Positions 56,175 to 64,000 of a stretch of DNA of 64,000 bases are shown here, one piece after another. The notes beneath the pieces are model-generated. The model was given only the letters and a program-made list of their open reading frames with translations. It made no database searches and was not told where the DNA came from. The stretch is taken from the NCBI GenBank assembly GCA_036350795.1, contig JAZBNV010000138.1, positions 4,362 through 68,361 of the forward strand, read 5' to 3'. Made by a program: the position numbers and the translations under genes. Each line of letters begins with the position of its first letter. The first letter of the stretch is position 1. The stretch is from Marinilabiliaceae bacterium. GTDB taxonomy: Bacteria; Bacteroidota; Bacteroidia; Bacteroidales; VadinHA17.

Positions 56175-57635
56175 TTAGTACCAGTTAATATTTTTTAATG
56201 GAGCTCCAAAGCTTCTGAATTCAAGGGCATAGCTTACATCCAGGCCCAGCCAGTGTGGTCCGGCCCTGTAAAGATCGGTATTCATATATTCATAGCCCAG
56301 GCTGAACGCAAGCTTGTTAATGCTTTTTTCAAGGGCTATCCCCGGGTTGATCCTGAATTTGTTTTCAGGTTTTAAGTAGCTTCCCTTATAGGTCTCGGTA
56401 AACATATACCCGGCGTTAAACTGAAGTACAAGACTGGTACTTCCCCTGAAAATATTTTCAGACAGCATAAATTCTTTTGATACTCCCGCCCTCGGAAAAT
56501 ATCTCCGGTCTGTATACTGGTAGTATGTATTATCATCAGATTGCTCAAGCACCCTTGTTGACCACGGCTTAAAATCAAATCCAATATTAATTCTCACTTT
56601 GTAAAGAGGTTCCTCGAAACTGATATTAAATTTTGAGTAAATATCGTGAATGCAAGCCTTAAGACCGGCTGATATCAGTACAAGGTCAAAGCCTATCCTG
56701 CCTGGTTCATCTATTCCAGCCTCTTTAAGACCCCTGTAATAATCTAATTTGCCGTAGTTCCTGGCAACTTCTCCCGGCTGTATGGCTTCACTGTTTCGTT
56801 GTGTTTTCCACCGGGTGCTCTGAAGCAGAAACCTGGTATAGTTCATATCACCGTTTCTCCCTGCAAAGGAGGCAACATCATAGTTATAGCTATTAACTTC
56901 ATCAATTTTTGCTCCGTAATCCAGGAGCAATCTTGAAAGAAGGGTGTCGCCGTTCTGAGCAGCAATATGCAGCGGCGTAAAACCCTTATTGTCGCTGATA
57001 TTTACATTGGCACCCGCCTGTACGAGCAAATCTGCTACTTCAGCATTACCAGCCCATATTGCAGCTGTAAGCGGAGTTGAGCCATCCCTGCATTTTATAT
57101 CAGTGTCGGCACCGTAGTACAGTAGCAGATCTGTAAGATACAGGTAGTTATAAATGGCAGCGTAATGCAGTGGTGTACAATCCTTATTGTCAGTGATATT
57201 AATATTTGCTCCTTTCCTGATAAGCAGTTCTGCTATTTCCACCCTGTTGTCAAGGCAGGCAATATGCAAAGCCGATTCACCAAGATATGTCAGTTCATCC
57301 AGGTTTGGATTGTATGAAAGCAATGCTCTTACGGCATAAGGCTTGTTATTTGCAACGGCATAAATAAGTGGTGTAAGCCTGAGTTCGCTTTTACCGTTTA
57401 CATCGGCTCCCAGTTTAACCAGCCTGTGAATTTCTCCGAGATAACCATATGAAGAGGCTATCATCAGGTTGTGTGTATATGCCTCAGTTTTATTGTAGGG
57501 TGTTGGAGTAAGATATTCGGAGGTATCAACAAAAAATGTCAGATCCTGGGCAAGACTGTTCCCAATGTTTAACTGGAGAAAAAGTATCAGACAGAACAGT
57601 CCCTTAAAAAATAATATCCCGGATCGTTTCGACAT
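56175..57635 (-). CDS. Exported ankyrin-repeat protein with a C-terminal beta-barrel-like (outer-membrane) domain
   Basis: I prefer the start at ATG 57635 (MSKRSGILFFKGLFCLILFLQLNIGNSLAQ, a signal peptide). It has about six ANK repeats (TPLHYAA, TPLHIAAQNGD...). The C-terminal ~190 aa shows alternating hydrophobicity and ends ...NINWY. Confidence 0.8.
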   Translation of the reverse strand: MSKRSGILFFKGLFCLILFLQLNIGNSLAQDLTFFVDTSEYLTPTPYNKTEAYTHNLMIASSYGYLGEIHRLVKLGADVNGKSELRLTPLIYAVANNKPYAVRALLSYNPNLDELTYLGESALHIACLDNRVEIAELLIRKGANINITDNKDCTPLHYAAIYNYLYLTDLLLYYGADTDIKCRDGSTPLTAAIWAGNAEVADLLVQAGANVNISDNKGFTPLHIAAQNGDTLLSRLLLDYGAKIDEVNSYNYDVASFAGRNGDMNYTRFLLQSTRWKTQRNSEAIQPGEVARNYGKLDYYRGLKEAGIDEPGRIGFDLVLISAGLKACIHDIYSKFNISFEEPLYKVRINIGFDFKPWSTRVLEQSDDNTYYQYTDRRYFPRAGVSKEFMLSENIFRGSTSLVLQFNAGYMFTETYKGSYLKPENKFRINPGIALEKSINKLAFSLGYEYMNTDLYRAGPHWLGLDVSYALEFRSFGAPLKNINWY

Positions 57636-57770
57636 ATCACAAATATAATAAAAGCTTAACATCCGACTTCTTTTATAATCCATTTGATATGTTAAATTTG
57701 CAATTTGCTTATTCAACTCCTATTTCGTATTTTTAATATGCCGGGAGATGGAAAATAAATACTCATAACA

Positions 57771-58535
57771 ATGAAATGGAAACTTAACCTGGATCTTTGG
57801 GAAAGCAAAGATTATAATGAAAATATTAAGCCTGTTGTAAGACAGGTGGCTGCAAAATTTGATAAACTCGTTGACGCAGAGCCCACTCTGGGATATAAAC
57901 CCTTGTGGATAGTGAATGATTTGTATTATGGGATGAGGATTTACACGCCTTATACGGATGAATATTATAAGCTTGGTTTAACTGTCGGGCATCTTACATA
58001 CGGCAAGGTAGCTTACCAGTTTTCACACCTGATGAGTATTATATATACCGACCCGAGGCAGATTACCTGGTTTTCAAACTCCCTTGCTCATATGGCATCA
58101 TTCTGGTTCCTGGACTATTTTGCTGAAAAGTGGCTCGATAATTACCCTGCACCTGAATATGAGGGTGCTTATGAAGCTTTTTCTGCCTTAAAAACAGAAA
58201 AGATTAAAACGGCATACAAGAATATAGATATTATGCTTAACCTGGCCACCAATGAGTGGCTGCAGGAAGAAGTGAAACAACTCAACAGCAATTCTGCTTA
58301 TGCACCTCCTTTCATATACGATCATATAGGGCTTGAATTACTTCCACTTTTCCGGAAAAGCAGCAGCTGGAAGCTGTTTCCCTATATTGGAAGGGCCACC
58401 TCCAAGCCGATTGAAGATCAAAGCGATATGAGGTTAAGACCAAAAGCTAAACCCGATTTCGAATTGCTGGAGGAGATAGTGCCGGAAGATTTAAAGGAAC
58501 TGGTTCAGAAAATAAGGAGCAAACTGGCTTTATAA
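57771..58535 (+). CDS. Hypothetical cytoplasmic protein
   Basis: 254-aa ORF. I recognise no signal peptide and no motif. Confidence 0.55.
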   Translation: MKWKLNLDLWESKDYNENIKPVVRQVAAKFDKLVDAEPTLGYKPLWIVNDLYYGMRIYTPYTDEYYKLGLTVGHLTYGKVAYQFSHLMSIIYTDPRQITWFSNSLAHMASFWFLDYFAEKWLDNYPAPEYEGAYEAFSALKTEKIKTAYKNIDIMLNLATNEWLQEEVKQLNSNSAYAPPFIYDHIGLELLPLFRKSSSWKLFPYIGRATSKPIEDQSDMRLRPKAKPDFELLEEIVPEDLKELVQKIRSKLAL

Positions 58536-58609
58536 TCCAGGGCCATCAGGCAAATAGTTAAATTTCTGTTAATAACTAGCTGCCCGGTTTTTGAAAACTC
58601 CATTTCATT

Positions 58610-58634
58610 TATCTTTGCAGCCACACTATCTTTG
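58610..58634 (+). promoter_or_regulatory. Two candidate -7 promoter elements (TATCTTTG twice) upstream of the serine hydrolase gene
   Basis: TATCTTTG occurs at 58610-58617 and again at 58627-58634. The ATG is at 58661. Confidence 0.4.
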
Positions 58635-58660
58635 CAATGAAAAGGTAGAATAGCAGACAT

Positions 58661-59977
58661 ATGTTACCACGTAACTTCAAGATTATCATTTTAATAATAT
58701 TGCTTGGGTTTTCAAATATTGAACCCGAGGAGAGCGGAGGTATGACTGCAGCCGATCATTCCTTCCTGCCTGAAAATTCACGACTCACAAATTCTTTCTC
58801 AGACCATGATTATTATGACAGGTTCGATAGTACGGTTGAATATTTTCTTCGAAGCTGGGATATAAAGGGTGCCTCGCTTGCGGTCTACAAGGATGGAAGG
58901 CTTGTACTGGCAAAAGGCTATGGACTTGCCGATACCAGGGGAAATACAGAGGTGCAGCCATGGCATCGTTTCAGAATTGCCAGCGTTTCAAAACTGATAA
59001 CAGCAACAGCCATTCTGAAATTGTACCAGGACTCCAGGCTCGACCTGAATCAAAAAGTGTTCGGGCCGGGGGGTATTTTAAACGATCCCTATTTCTCCGA
59101 CCCTAAAGATAAGAGAGTATATGATATAACTGTTGCCCACCTCTTAAGCCACAGGGGAGGCTGGACTACCCGGTGGGGAGATCAAATGTTTATGCCCCAT
59201 GTGGTTGCTTCATCGCTTGGTAAGGAAACCCCTGTTGACACCAGGGATGTTGTACGCTTTGTCTTAAATAAGCGCCTGCATTTTCCACCCGGGAAAGGAA
59301 GGTCATATTCCAACCTGGGATATGCAATCCTGGGCCTCGTTATTGCAGAGGTCTCTGGCCAGAGCTACGAAGAGTACTGTAAAAAGGAACTTTTTGAACC
59401 CCTGGGAATCTACGATATAAGCCTGGGAAAAAACCTTTATTCGCAAAGAGATCCCTACGAAGTAAGGTATTTTGAGCCTTCCAATGCCCTGCCAAAGAAA
59501 TCGATATATGGCAGCGGTGACCAGGTTCCGGCATCGAACGGAGGTAATGATATAGAAGCACTTGGTGGTGCGGGAGGATGGATAGCAACAGCTCCCGACC
59601 TGCTTAAATTTATAAGGGCTATTGACGGATTCAGTGATGTGGAGGATATCTTAAGTCCTCAAACAGTTAAATTTATGACCGACAATTCGAATGGTTGGGC
59701 CCCTGTGGGATGGAAAGGTTCTACAGCCAATGGCTACTGGTGGCGAACAGGTTCGTTTGCAGGTACATCAGCCATGGTGCGCAGGTACCCCGATGGTATG
59801 ATATGGGTGGCACTGTTCAATACCAATACATGGAAACAATCAAAGTTCCCGTCTGATGTGAGCTCTATGCTGACAAGGGCTATATCAAGAACAAATAATT
59901 GGACAGATGAAGACCTTTTCGAATATAATCTTCCGGTTCCGCTTGAGAACTATCCCTTTATTACAGATATCCATTAG
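58661..59977 (+). CDS. Beta-lactamase-related serine hydrolase (class C / PBP4*-like)
   Basis: The catalytic motif SxxK occurs as ASVSKL. YSNLGY (YxN) and a hydrophobic N-terminus are also present. Confidence 0.85.
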   Translation: MLPRNFKIIILIILLGFSNIEPEESGGMTAADHSFLPENSRLTNSFSDHDYYDRFDSTVEYFLRSWDIKGASLAVYKDGRLVLAKGYGLADTRGNTEVQPWHRFRIASVSKLITATAILKLYQDSRLDLNQKVFGPGGILNDPYFSDPKDKRVYDITVAHLLSHRGGWTTRWGDQMFMPHVVASSLGKETPVDTRDVVRFVLNKRLHFPPGKGRSYSNLGYAILGLVIAEVSGQSYEEYCKKELFEPLGIYDISLGKNLYSQRDPYEVRYFEPSNALPKKSIYGSGDQVPASNGGNDIEALGGAGGWIATAPDLLKFIRAIDGFSDVEDILSPQTVKFMTDNSNGWAPVGWKGSTANGYWWRTGSFAGTSAMVRRYPDGMIWVALFNTNTWKQSKFPSDVSSMLTRAISRTNNWTDEDLFEYNLPVPLENYPFITDIH

Positions 59978-60733
59978 ATGTGCTTTACGGTAAATGTAAA
60001 TATTATCAGGGAAGAACTTGAATCAAGATATGGTTCGCAGCTGATTGATCCCGAAAATTACAGGCCAAGTTATTACTATCATGCTTTTGCTTTCCCTGAC
60101 CTGCCTGTTGTTTACCTCAACGATAAGTATGAAAAGGAAATAAGGACAATGAAATGGGGACTTATTCCCTCATGGACCGACTCTGAGGAAAAGGCTTTGA
60201 AGATCAGGACTATGACACATAATGCCAGGTCGGAAACAGTTGAGAGTAAGCCCTCATTTGCCGATTCTTTCAAGAGAAGGAGGGGACTTTTACCTGTGGC
60301 AGGATTTTTTGAGTGGCAGCATCTGCCCTCAGGGAAAAGACCCTGGTACATATACAGGCCCGACAGGGCTCTTATTTCGCTGGGTGCAATATTTGATACC
60401 TGGCAACGACCCTTACCGGGATCTCCCGGCACTGATAAGCAGGATTCTGTTGCTTACCTTAGTTCGTTCTCGGTTCTTACAACAGGTGCCAATAAATTAA
60501 TGGAAGAGATTCATAATTCAAAAAAAAGAATGCCGGTAATAATACCTGAACACCTTGAAGAAGAATGGCTTGAAAGTGGCGATATAAGAAAGGAGGAGTT
60601 CTTAAAGCCTGCCGCTGAAGATTTTCTTAAAGCCCATACAGTGAGCCCTCAACTTGGCAAAGCAGGTATTCAGAAAAATATGCCGGGGATTATTGAAGCC
60701 TATGACTTCCCTGTCGAACCTTCCCTGTTTTGA
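59978..60733 (+). CDS. SOS response-associated peptidase (SRAP, YedK-like abasic-site sensor)
   Basis: It begins MC (the catalytic Cys2). HNARSETV and RRRGLLPVAGFFEWQ are present. The ATG immediately follows the TAG of the upstream gene. Confidence 0.85.
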   Translation: MCFTVNVNIIREELESRYGSQLIDPENYRPSYYYHAFAFPDLPVVYLNDKYEKEIRTMKWGLIPSWTDSEEKALKIRTMTHNARSETVESKPSFADSFKRRRGLLPVAGFFEWQHLPSGKRPWYIYRPDRALISLGAIFDTWQRPLPGSPGTDKQDSVAYLSSFSVLTTGANKLMEEIHNSKKRMPVIIPEHLEEEWLESGDIRKEEFLKPAAEDFLKAHTVSPQLGKAGIQKNMPGIIEAYDFPVEPSLF

Positions 60734-60756
60734 ACCATTTCCAGGTCAAAACAGCG

Positions 60757-60764
60757 TATATTTG
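60757..60764 (+). promoter_or_regulatory. Candidate -7 promoter element (TAnnTTTG) upstream of the sulfatase gene
   Basis: TATATTTG ends 15 nt before the ATG at 60780. Confidence 0.35.
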
Positions 60765-60779
60765 CATAAAGGTCCTGTT

Positions 60780-62246
60780 ATGAGGGTAGCAATACTTTTA
60801 TTTGCATTACTGTTTGCAGTATTATCATGTGGTGACAAAAAGAGCACCGGGCATCCAAACGTGGTATTTATTTGTATCGACGACCTGAGGGCAGAGCTGG
60901 GTGTATATGGAAAGGAATATGTAGTGAGTCCGAACCTCGATAAGCTGGCGAATGACGGGACCCTCTTTCTAAAGCATTTTGTTAATGTTCCTACCTGTGG
61001 AGCATCCAGGTATACGCTCTTGACCGGAAAGCTTCCTTCACAGCGCGCACAAACAGGGAACGAGGCAATTAAAGAATTTATCTCATCGGAGCCTGAAAGG
61101 GAAACTCCGGAGAGCTTTATACATCGCCTGCGGCGCAGCGGGTATTACACCGTTGGAATAGGGAAGATCAGTCATTACGCAGATGGCCTCTTGTATGCTT
61201 ATACCGACAGCGTCGGAAGTCTGAGAGAATTACCATATTCGTGGGATGAACTACATTTCGATGCTGGTAAATGGGGGACAGGCTGGAATGCCTTTTTTGG
61301 ATATGCCGATGGATCCAACAGGCAGTCGGAAGAGAAAATGGTTTATCCCTATGAAAGGGGAGATGTAGATGATAATGGATACCCTGATGGCCTTACACGT
61401 AAGCTGGCAATTGAAAAGTTGCGTTTGCTTTCACGGCAGGAGAAACCCTTTTTCCTTGGCGTGGGCTTCTTCAAACCCCATCTTCCCTTTACTGCACCAG
61501 CTCCTTACTGGGACCTTTATTCAGAAAATGACATACCACTTTCCACAAAGCCTTTTATACCCGGGAATATTAATATTGCAAGTCTTGAAGGGGTAGGTGA
61601 GATTAACCAGTACCTGCTTGGTGAAGAGAAGTCATCAGTACACCTCCAAATGTCAGACGAATATGCCAGGAAACTCAGGCATGCCTACCTGGCCTGTGTA
61701 AGTTATATTGATGCTCTTGTTGGAAATATTATAGACGAGCTTAAAGCTCTTGATCTTTATGACAATACGGTGATCGTCGTTTGGGGCGACCATGGCTGGC
61801 AACTGGGCGATCATTTAGTATGGGGCAAACATACCCTGTTTGAGGATGCCCTGAGGAGTACACTTATTATCAGGAGTCCCGGGCAAAAGCCGGTTGTGTC
61901 AGGTTCAGTAGTAAGTACGATAGATATTTACCCTACAATACTTGAACTCTGCAATATTGATAATAATGTCGTTACGGATGGTGAATCCTTACTCCCACAT
62001 ATTCAGAATACAGTTTCGGCTGAAAACAGATATGCTTTCTCTTATTTCAGAAATGGTATTTCTTTAAGAACAGACAGGTACAGGCTTACGGAGTATTTCA
62101 GGGGAGAATCTGTAGAATATGAACTTTATGATCTCTTAAATGACCCGGATGAGAAGGATAATGTTGCAGGAAACAATCAGTATTTGCTTGACAGTCTTCT
62201 TCTTATTTTAAGCCGTAAAGGAGATACCGGACTTTACAGGGATTAA
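60780..62246 (+). CDS. Sulfatase (formylglycine-dependent, iduronate-2-sulfatase-like) lipoprotein
   Basis: I prefer the start at ATG 60780 (MRVAILLFALLFAVLSCG, with a lipobox). NVVFICIDDLR is present. The FGly motif is CGASR, a C-x-A-x-R variant. GDHGW is also present. The track start at 60654 would overlap the SRAP gene. Confidence 0.88.
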   Translation: MRVAILLFALLFAVLSCGDKKSTGHPNVVFICIDDLRAELGVYGKEYVVSPNLDKLANDGTLFLKHFVNVPTCGASRYTLLTGKLPSQRAQTGNEAIKEFISSEPERETPESFIHRLRRSGYYTVGIGKISHYADGLLYAYTDSVGSLRELPYSWDELHFDAGKWGTGWNAFFGYADGSNRQSEEKMVYPYERGDVDDNGYPDGLTRKLAIEKLRLLSRQEKPFFLGVGFFKPHLPFTAPAPYWDLYSENDIPLSTKPFIPGNINIASLEGVGEINQYLLGEEKSSVHLQMSDEYARKLRHAYLACVSYIDALVGNIIDELKALDLYDNTVIVVWGDHGWQLGDHLVWGKHTLFEDALRSTLIIRSPGQKPVVSGSVVSTIDIYPTILELCNIDNNVVTDGESLLPHIQNTVSAENRYAFSYFRNGISLRTDRYRLTEYFRGESVEYELYDLLNDPDEKDNVAGNNQYLLDSLLLILSRKGDTGLYRD

Positions 62247-62248
62247 GG

Positions 62249-63046
62249 CTATTGCTTTACAAAGATGTAGGTAATGCTGCCGTTTTGTTTTTTAGGTGCA
62301 TTGCGGTCAGGGTTAAAAATTGTCCTTTCAAGTGTGCCGGTAGCAGCTTCAATAAGGCAGGGATCGGAAGTTGAACTTTCTGCTTCGTTTATTGCCCATG
62401 ATGATATCCTTCCATTTCTTTCAACAATAATACTGACAACAACGGTTCCGGCGTTTTCACACTTATAGATTGGTAGGGGAAGTTCTAAATGATGCCTGTT
62501 TTCGAGGAAATAGGAAACCCTGGTGGGACCCTGGTACAAGGCAGCCATTTCATTTGATGTCAGTTTGTTTTCAGCACTATCAGGCTCCTCTGTCACATTC
62601 TCCATGGCAGTGTCGCCGGGATCTATCCCCTCAGGCTGATTCTTCTGTTCGTCTATAAAGTTTTCTTTATCAAGCTTTCCCGCAGCTATAAGTTCCTCTT
62701 TTACCCTGTCCTGGTATTCCATGGGATCAATATCAGCTACTTCTTCATTGGCAATATTTCTTACAATATCCCTGAAGCGGTCGTCGCTCTCAAATAACTC
62801 TTCGAGTGTCTGGGGCAGTTCCACAACTTCTTCTTCAAGGAATGTGCGGTCTGGCTGAAACTCAACAAGAAATTCTGAGCTCTTTTCATGATAAAGCGAA
62901 GACAGCTTAAGGGACATAAAAAGTATTCCCCCAAGCAGGTGTACGATAAGAGTACCCAGTATTCCTGCTATCTTGCCTTCATATTGTTTCATAACATCTG
63001 CGAAATTAGGAATTATTCCTTTTTCATCATTATTTTGCGTGATCAA
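62249..63046 (-). CDS. Membrane-anchored protein with an acidic linker and a TonB-C-like C-terminal domain
   Basis: The TTG start is at 63046, with an alternative ATG at 62992. The TM helix is IAGILGTLIVHLLGGILFM. The C-terminus GTVVVSIIVERNGRISSW...DPCLIEAA...FNP resembles the TonB C-terminal fold pattern. Confidence 0.6.
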   Translation of the reverse strand: MITQNNDEKGIIPNFADVMKQYEGKIAGILGTLIVHLLGGILFMSLKLSSLYHEKSSEFLVEFQPDRTFLEEEVVELPQTLEELFESDDRFRDIVRNIANEEVADIDPMEYQDRVKEELIAAGKLDKENFIDEQKNQPEGIDPGDTAMENVTEEPDSAENKLTSNEMAALYQGPTRVSYFLENRHHLELPLPIYKCENAGTVVVSIIVERNGRISSWAINEAESSTSDPCLIEAATGTLERTIFNPDRNAPKKQNGSITYIFVKQ

Positions 63047-63059
63047 TTAAGCACCCGCC

Positions 63060-64000
63060 ATGGAGCAATCTATTATTATCAATCAAATATCATTCCTTTC
63101 GATACTTGTGATAGTTGGTTTTTTTACATCCAAAATAGGTGTGATAAAGGAAGATACCAGGGATGCCCTGGTGAAAATAATCTTCAATATTACACTCCCG
63201 CTTCTTCTTTTTACCAATTTCAGTAAACTTGAACTTACTCCCGAACTTCTGAGAGGCAGCCTGGTAGTTATTATTATAGCCTTCCTTGTAATTGTATTTA
63301 TGATGCTTTTCGGAATGTTATCATCCTTATTGTTCAGGATGAAGCATGAACAAAGATCAATTTTTATTGCTCATCATGCTTTTGGCAATATACTTTATAT
63401 AGGCTTTCCGGTGGTTACGGCACTTTTTGGAGAGCTCGGGCTCTTTTATGCCAGTATCTATGCCCTGGTATCTATACTTATGCTCTGGACAGTTGGTATT
63501 TACCTTATTGCAAGAAAGGGGGGTATGCCCTTTGCCGAGAGCCTTAAGCGGATGCTTAATCCCAATTCGATTGCCATTATTGCAGGCTTTGTGCTCTTCC
63601 TCCTGAGGATTAAGATACCGGTCTTCCTGCTTAAACCCTTTGTGAGCCTGGGAGGTACAACTATTTATTTATCGATGCTATACATTGGTGCGCTTCTGGG
63701 CTTGATGAAAATAGCCGGGGTTTTTGGAAATCTTAAGGTATATCTTACAAGCTTTAACAAGAACTTCCTGATGCCTCTTATACTGATTCTTGTGTTCAGG
63801 TTTTTGCCAGGCGGATTGCTTGAGGGGATTGATTCCCTTATTATCGCGGTTGTAATTGTGGAAGCTGCAATGCCATGCATGGCAAATGTTGTGATTGTTG
63901 CAAAAATGTATAAAGTGGATGATCAGCTGGCAACGGCAAATGTGTTTATGTCAACTCTTGTCAGCCTGGTTTCTTTACCTCTGATCTGGTTCCTGTTTAA
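63060..64000 (+). CDS. Auxin-efflux-carrier (AEC) family permease, 3' end beyond the window
   Basis: Not in the ORF track because there is no stop inside the window. The frame is open from ATG 63060 to the window end. It reads MEQSIIINQISFLSILVIVGFFTSKIGVIKEDTRDALVKIIFNITLPLLLF...AAMPCMANVVIVAKMY...ANVFMSTLVSLVSLPLIWF, a multi-TM protein typical of AEC transporters. Confidence 0.8.
   Translation, partial: MEQSIIINQISFLSILVIVGFFTSKIGVIKEDTRDALVKIIFNITLPLLLFTNFSKLELTPELLRGSLVVIIIAFLVIVFMMLFGMLSSLLFRMKHEQRSIFIAHHAFGNILYIGFPVVTALFGELGLFYASIYALVSILMLWTVGIYLIARKGGMPFAESLKRMLNPNSIAIIAGFVLFLLRIKIPVFLLKPFVSLGGTTIYLSMLYIGALLGLMKIAGVFGNLKVYLTSFNKNFLMPLILILVFRFLPGGLLEGIDSLIIAVVIVEAAMPCMANVVIVAKMYKVDDQLATANVFMSTLVSLVSLPLIWFLF

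Noticed and set aside
57640-57647. A minus-strand TATATTTG -7 element only 4 nt upstream of the preferred ankyrin-gene ATG.
   Set aside because: The motif is too close to the start to judge without TSS data. It could equally lie inside a longer N-terminal extension, so it is not listed as a feature.
1-64000. A genomic island, prophage or integrative element.
   Set aside because: There is no integrase, transposase, tRNA attachment site, flanking direct repeats or phage structural genes. Housekeeping genes are distributed across the whole window.

Overview
This is a 64-kb chromosomal segment from a Bacteroidota genome, Bacteroidales- or Marinilabiliales-like. The assignment rests on three observations: ribosomal protein S1 is near-collinear with Bacteroides S1, TAnnTTTG -7 promoter elements recur, and start codons have A-rich contexts with no Shine-Dalgarno sequence. 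I call about 60 tightly packed CDS. I found no rRNA, tRNA, CRISPR array, transposase, integrase or phage genes, so this looks like core chromosome rather than an island. Recognisable housekeeping genes are: rsmD (partial), an SF1B helicase, yjbQ, a phosphosugar mutase, rfbA/C/D, rpsA, rnz, guaA, an S41 protease, a THUMP methyltransferase, gcvT, serC, serA, yggS, uvrA, an ECF-type sigma factor, rsmE, prmA, tpiA, tmk, folP, cdaA, an SRAP peptidase, a sulfatase and a partial AEC permease. The parts worth a second look are listed here and detailed in the findings. (1) A co-directional envelope cassette centred on a signal-peptide-bearing caspase-like C14 protease (3332-8980). (2) Scattered partner-switching parts: a SiaB-like kinase with a SiaC-like DUF1987 protein, a 1-nt-spaced Hpt-STAS pair and a second orphan STAS, all beside a 1023-aa TerB-like/ABCG-type transporter. 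(3) An operon joining an ankyrin-repeat protein with a C-terminal beta-barrel, a Cys-rich lipoprotein and a LarA-family enzyme. (4) A 1501-aa secreted protein of unknown function at the end of a housekeeping operon. (5) Two 63-nt GTTA-NNN heptad arrays, each starting 0-3 nt after a TAG stop codon. (6) An S1 protein with a roughly 170-aa acidic repeat extension. (7) An SPFH plus ribbon-helix-helix pair with TGATAC repeats upstream. (8) A perfect 24-bp-arm inverted repeat. No candidate can be shown to be a new system from sequence alone, so every functional link is stated as inference with a test.
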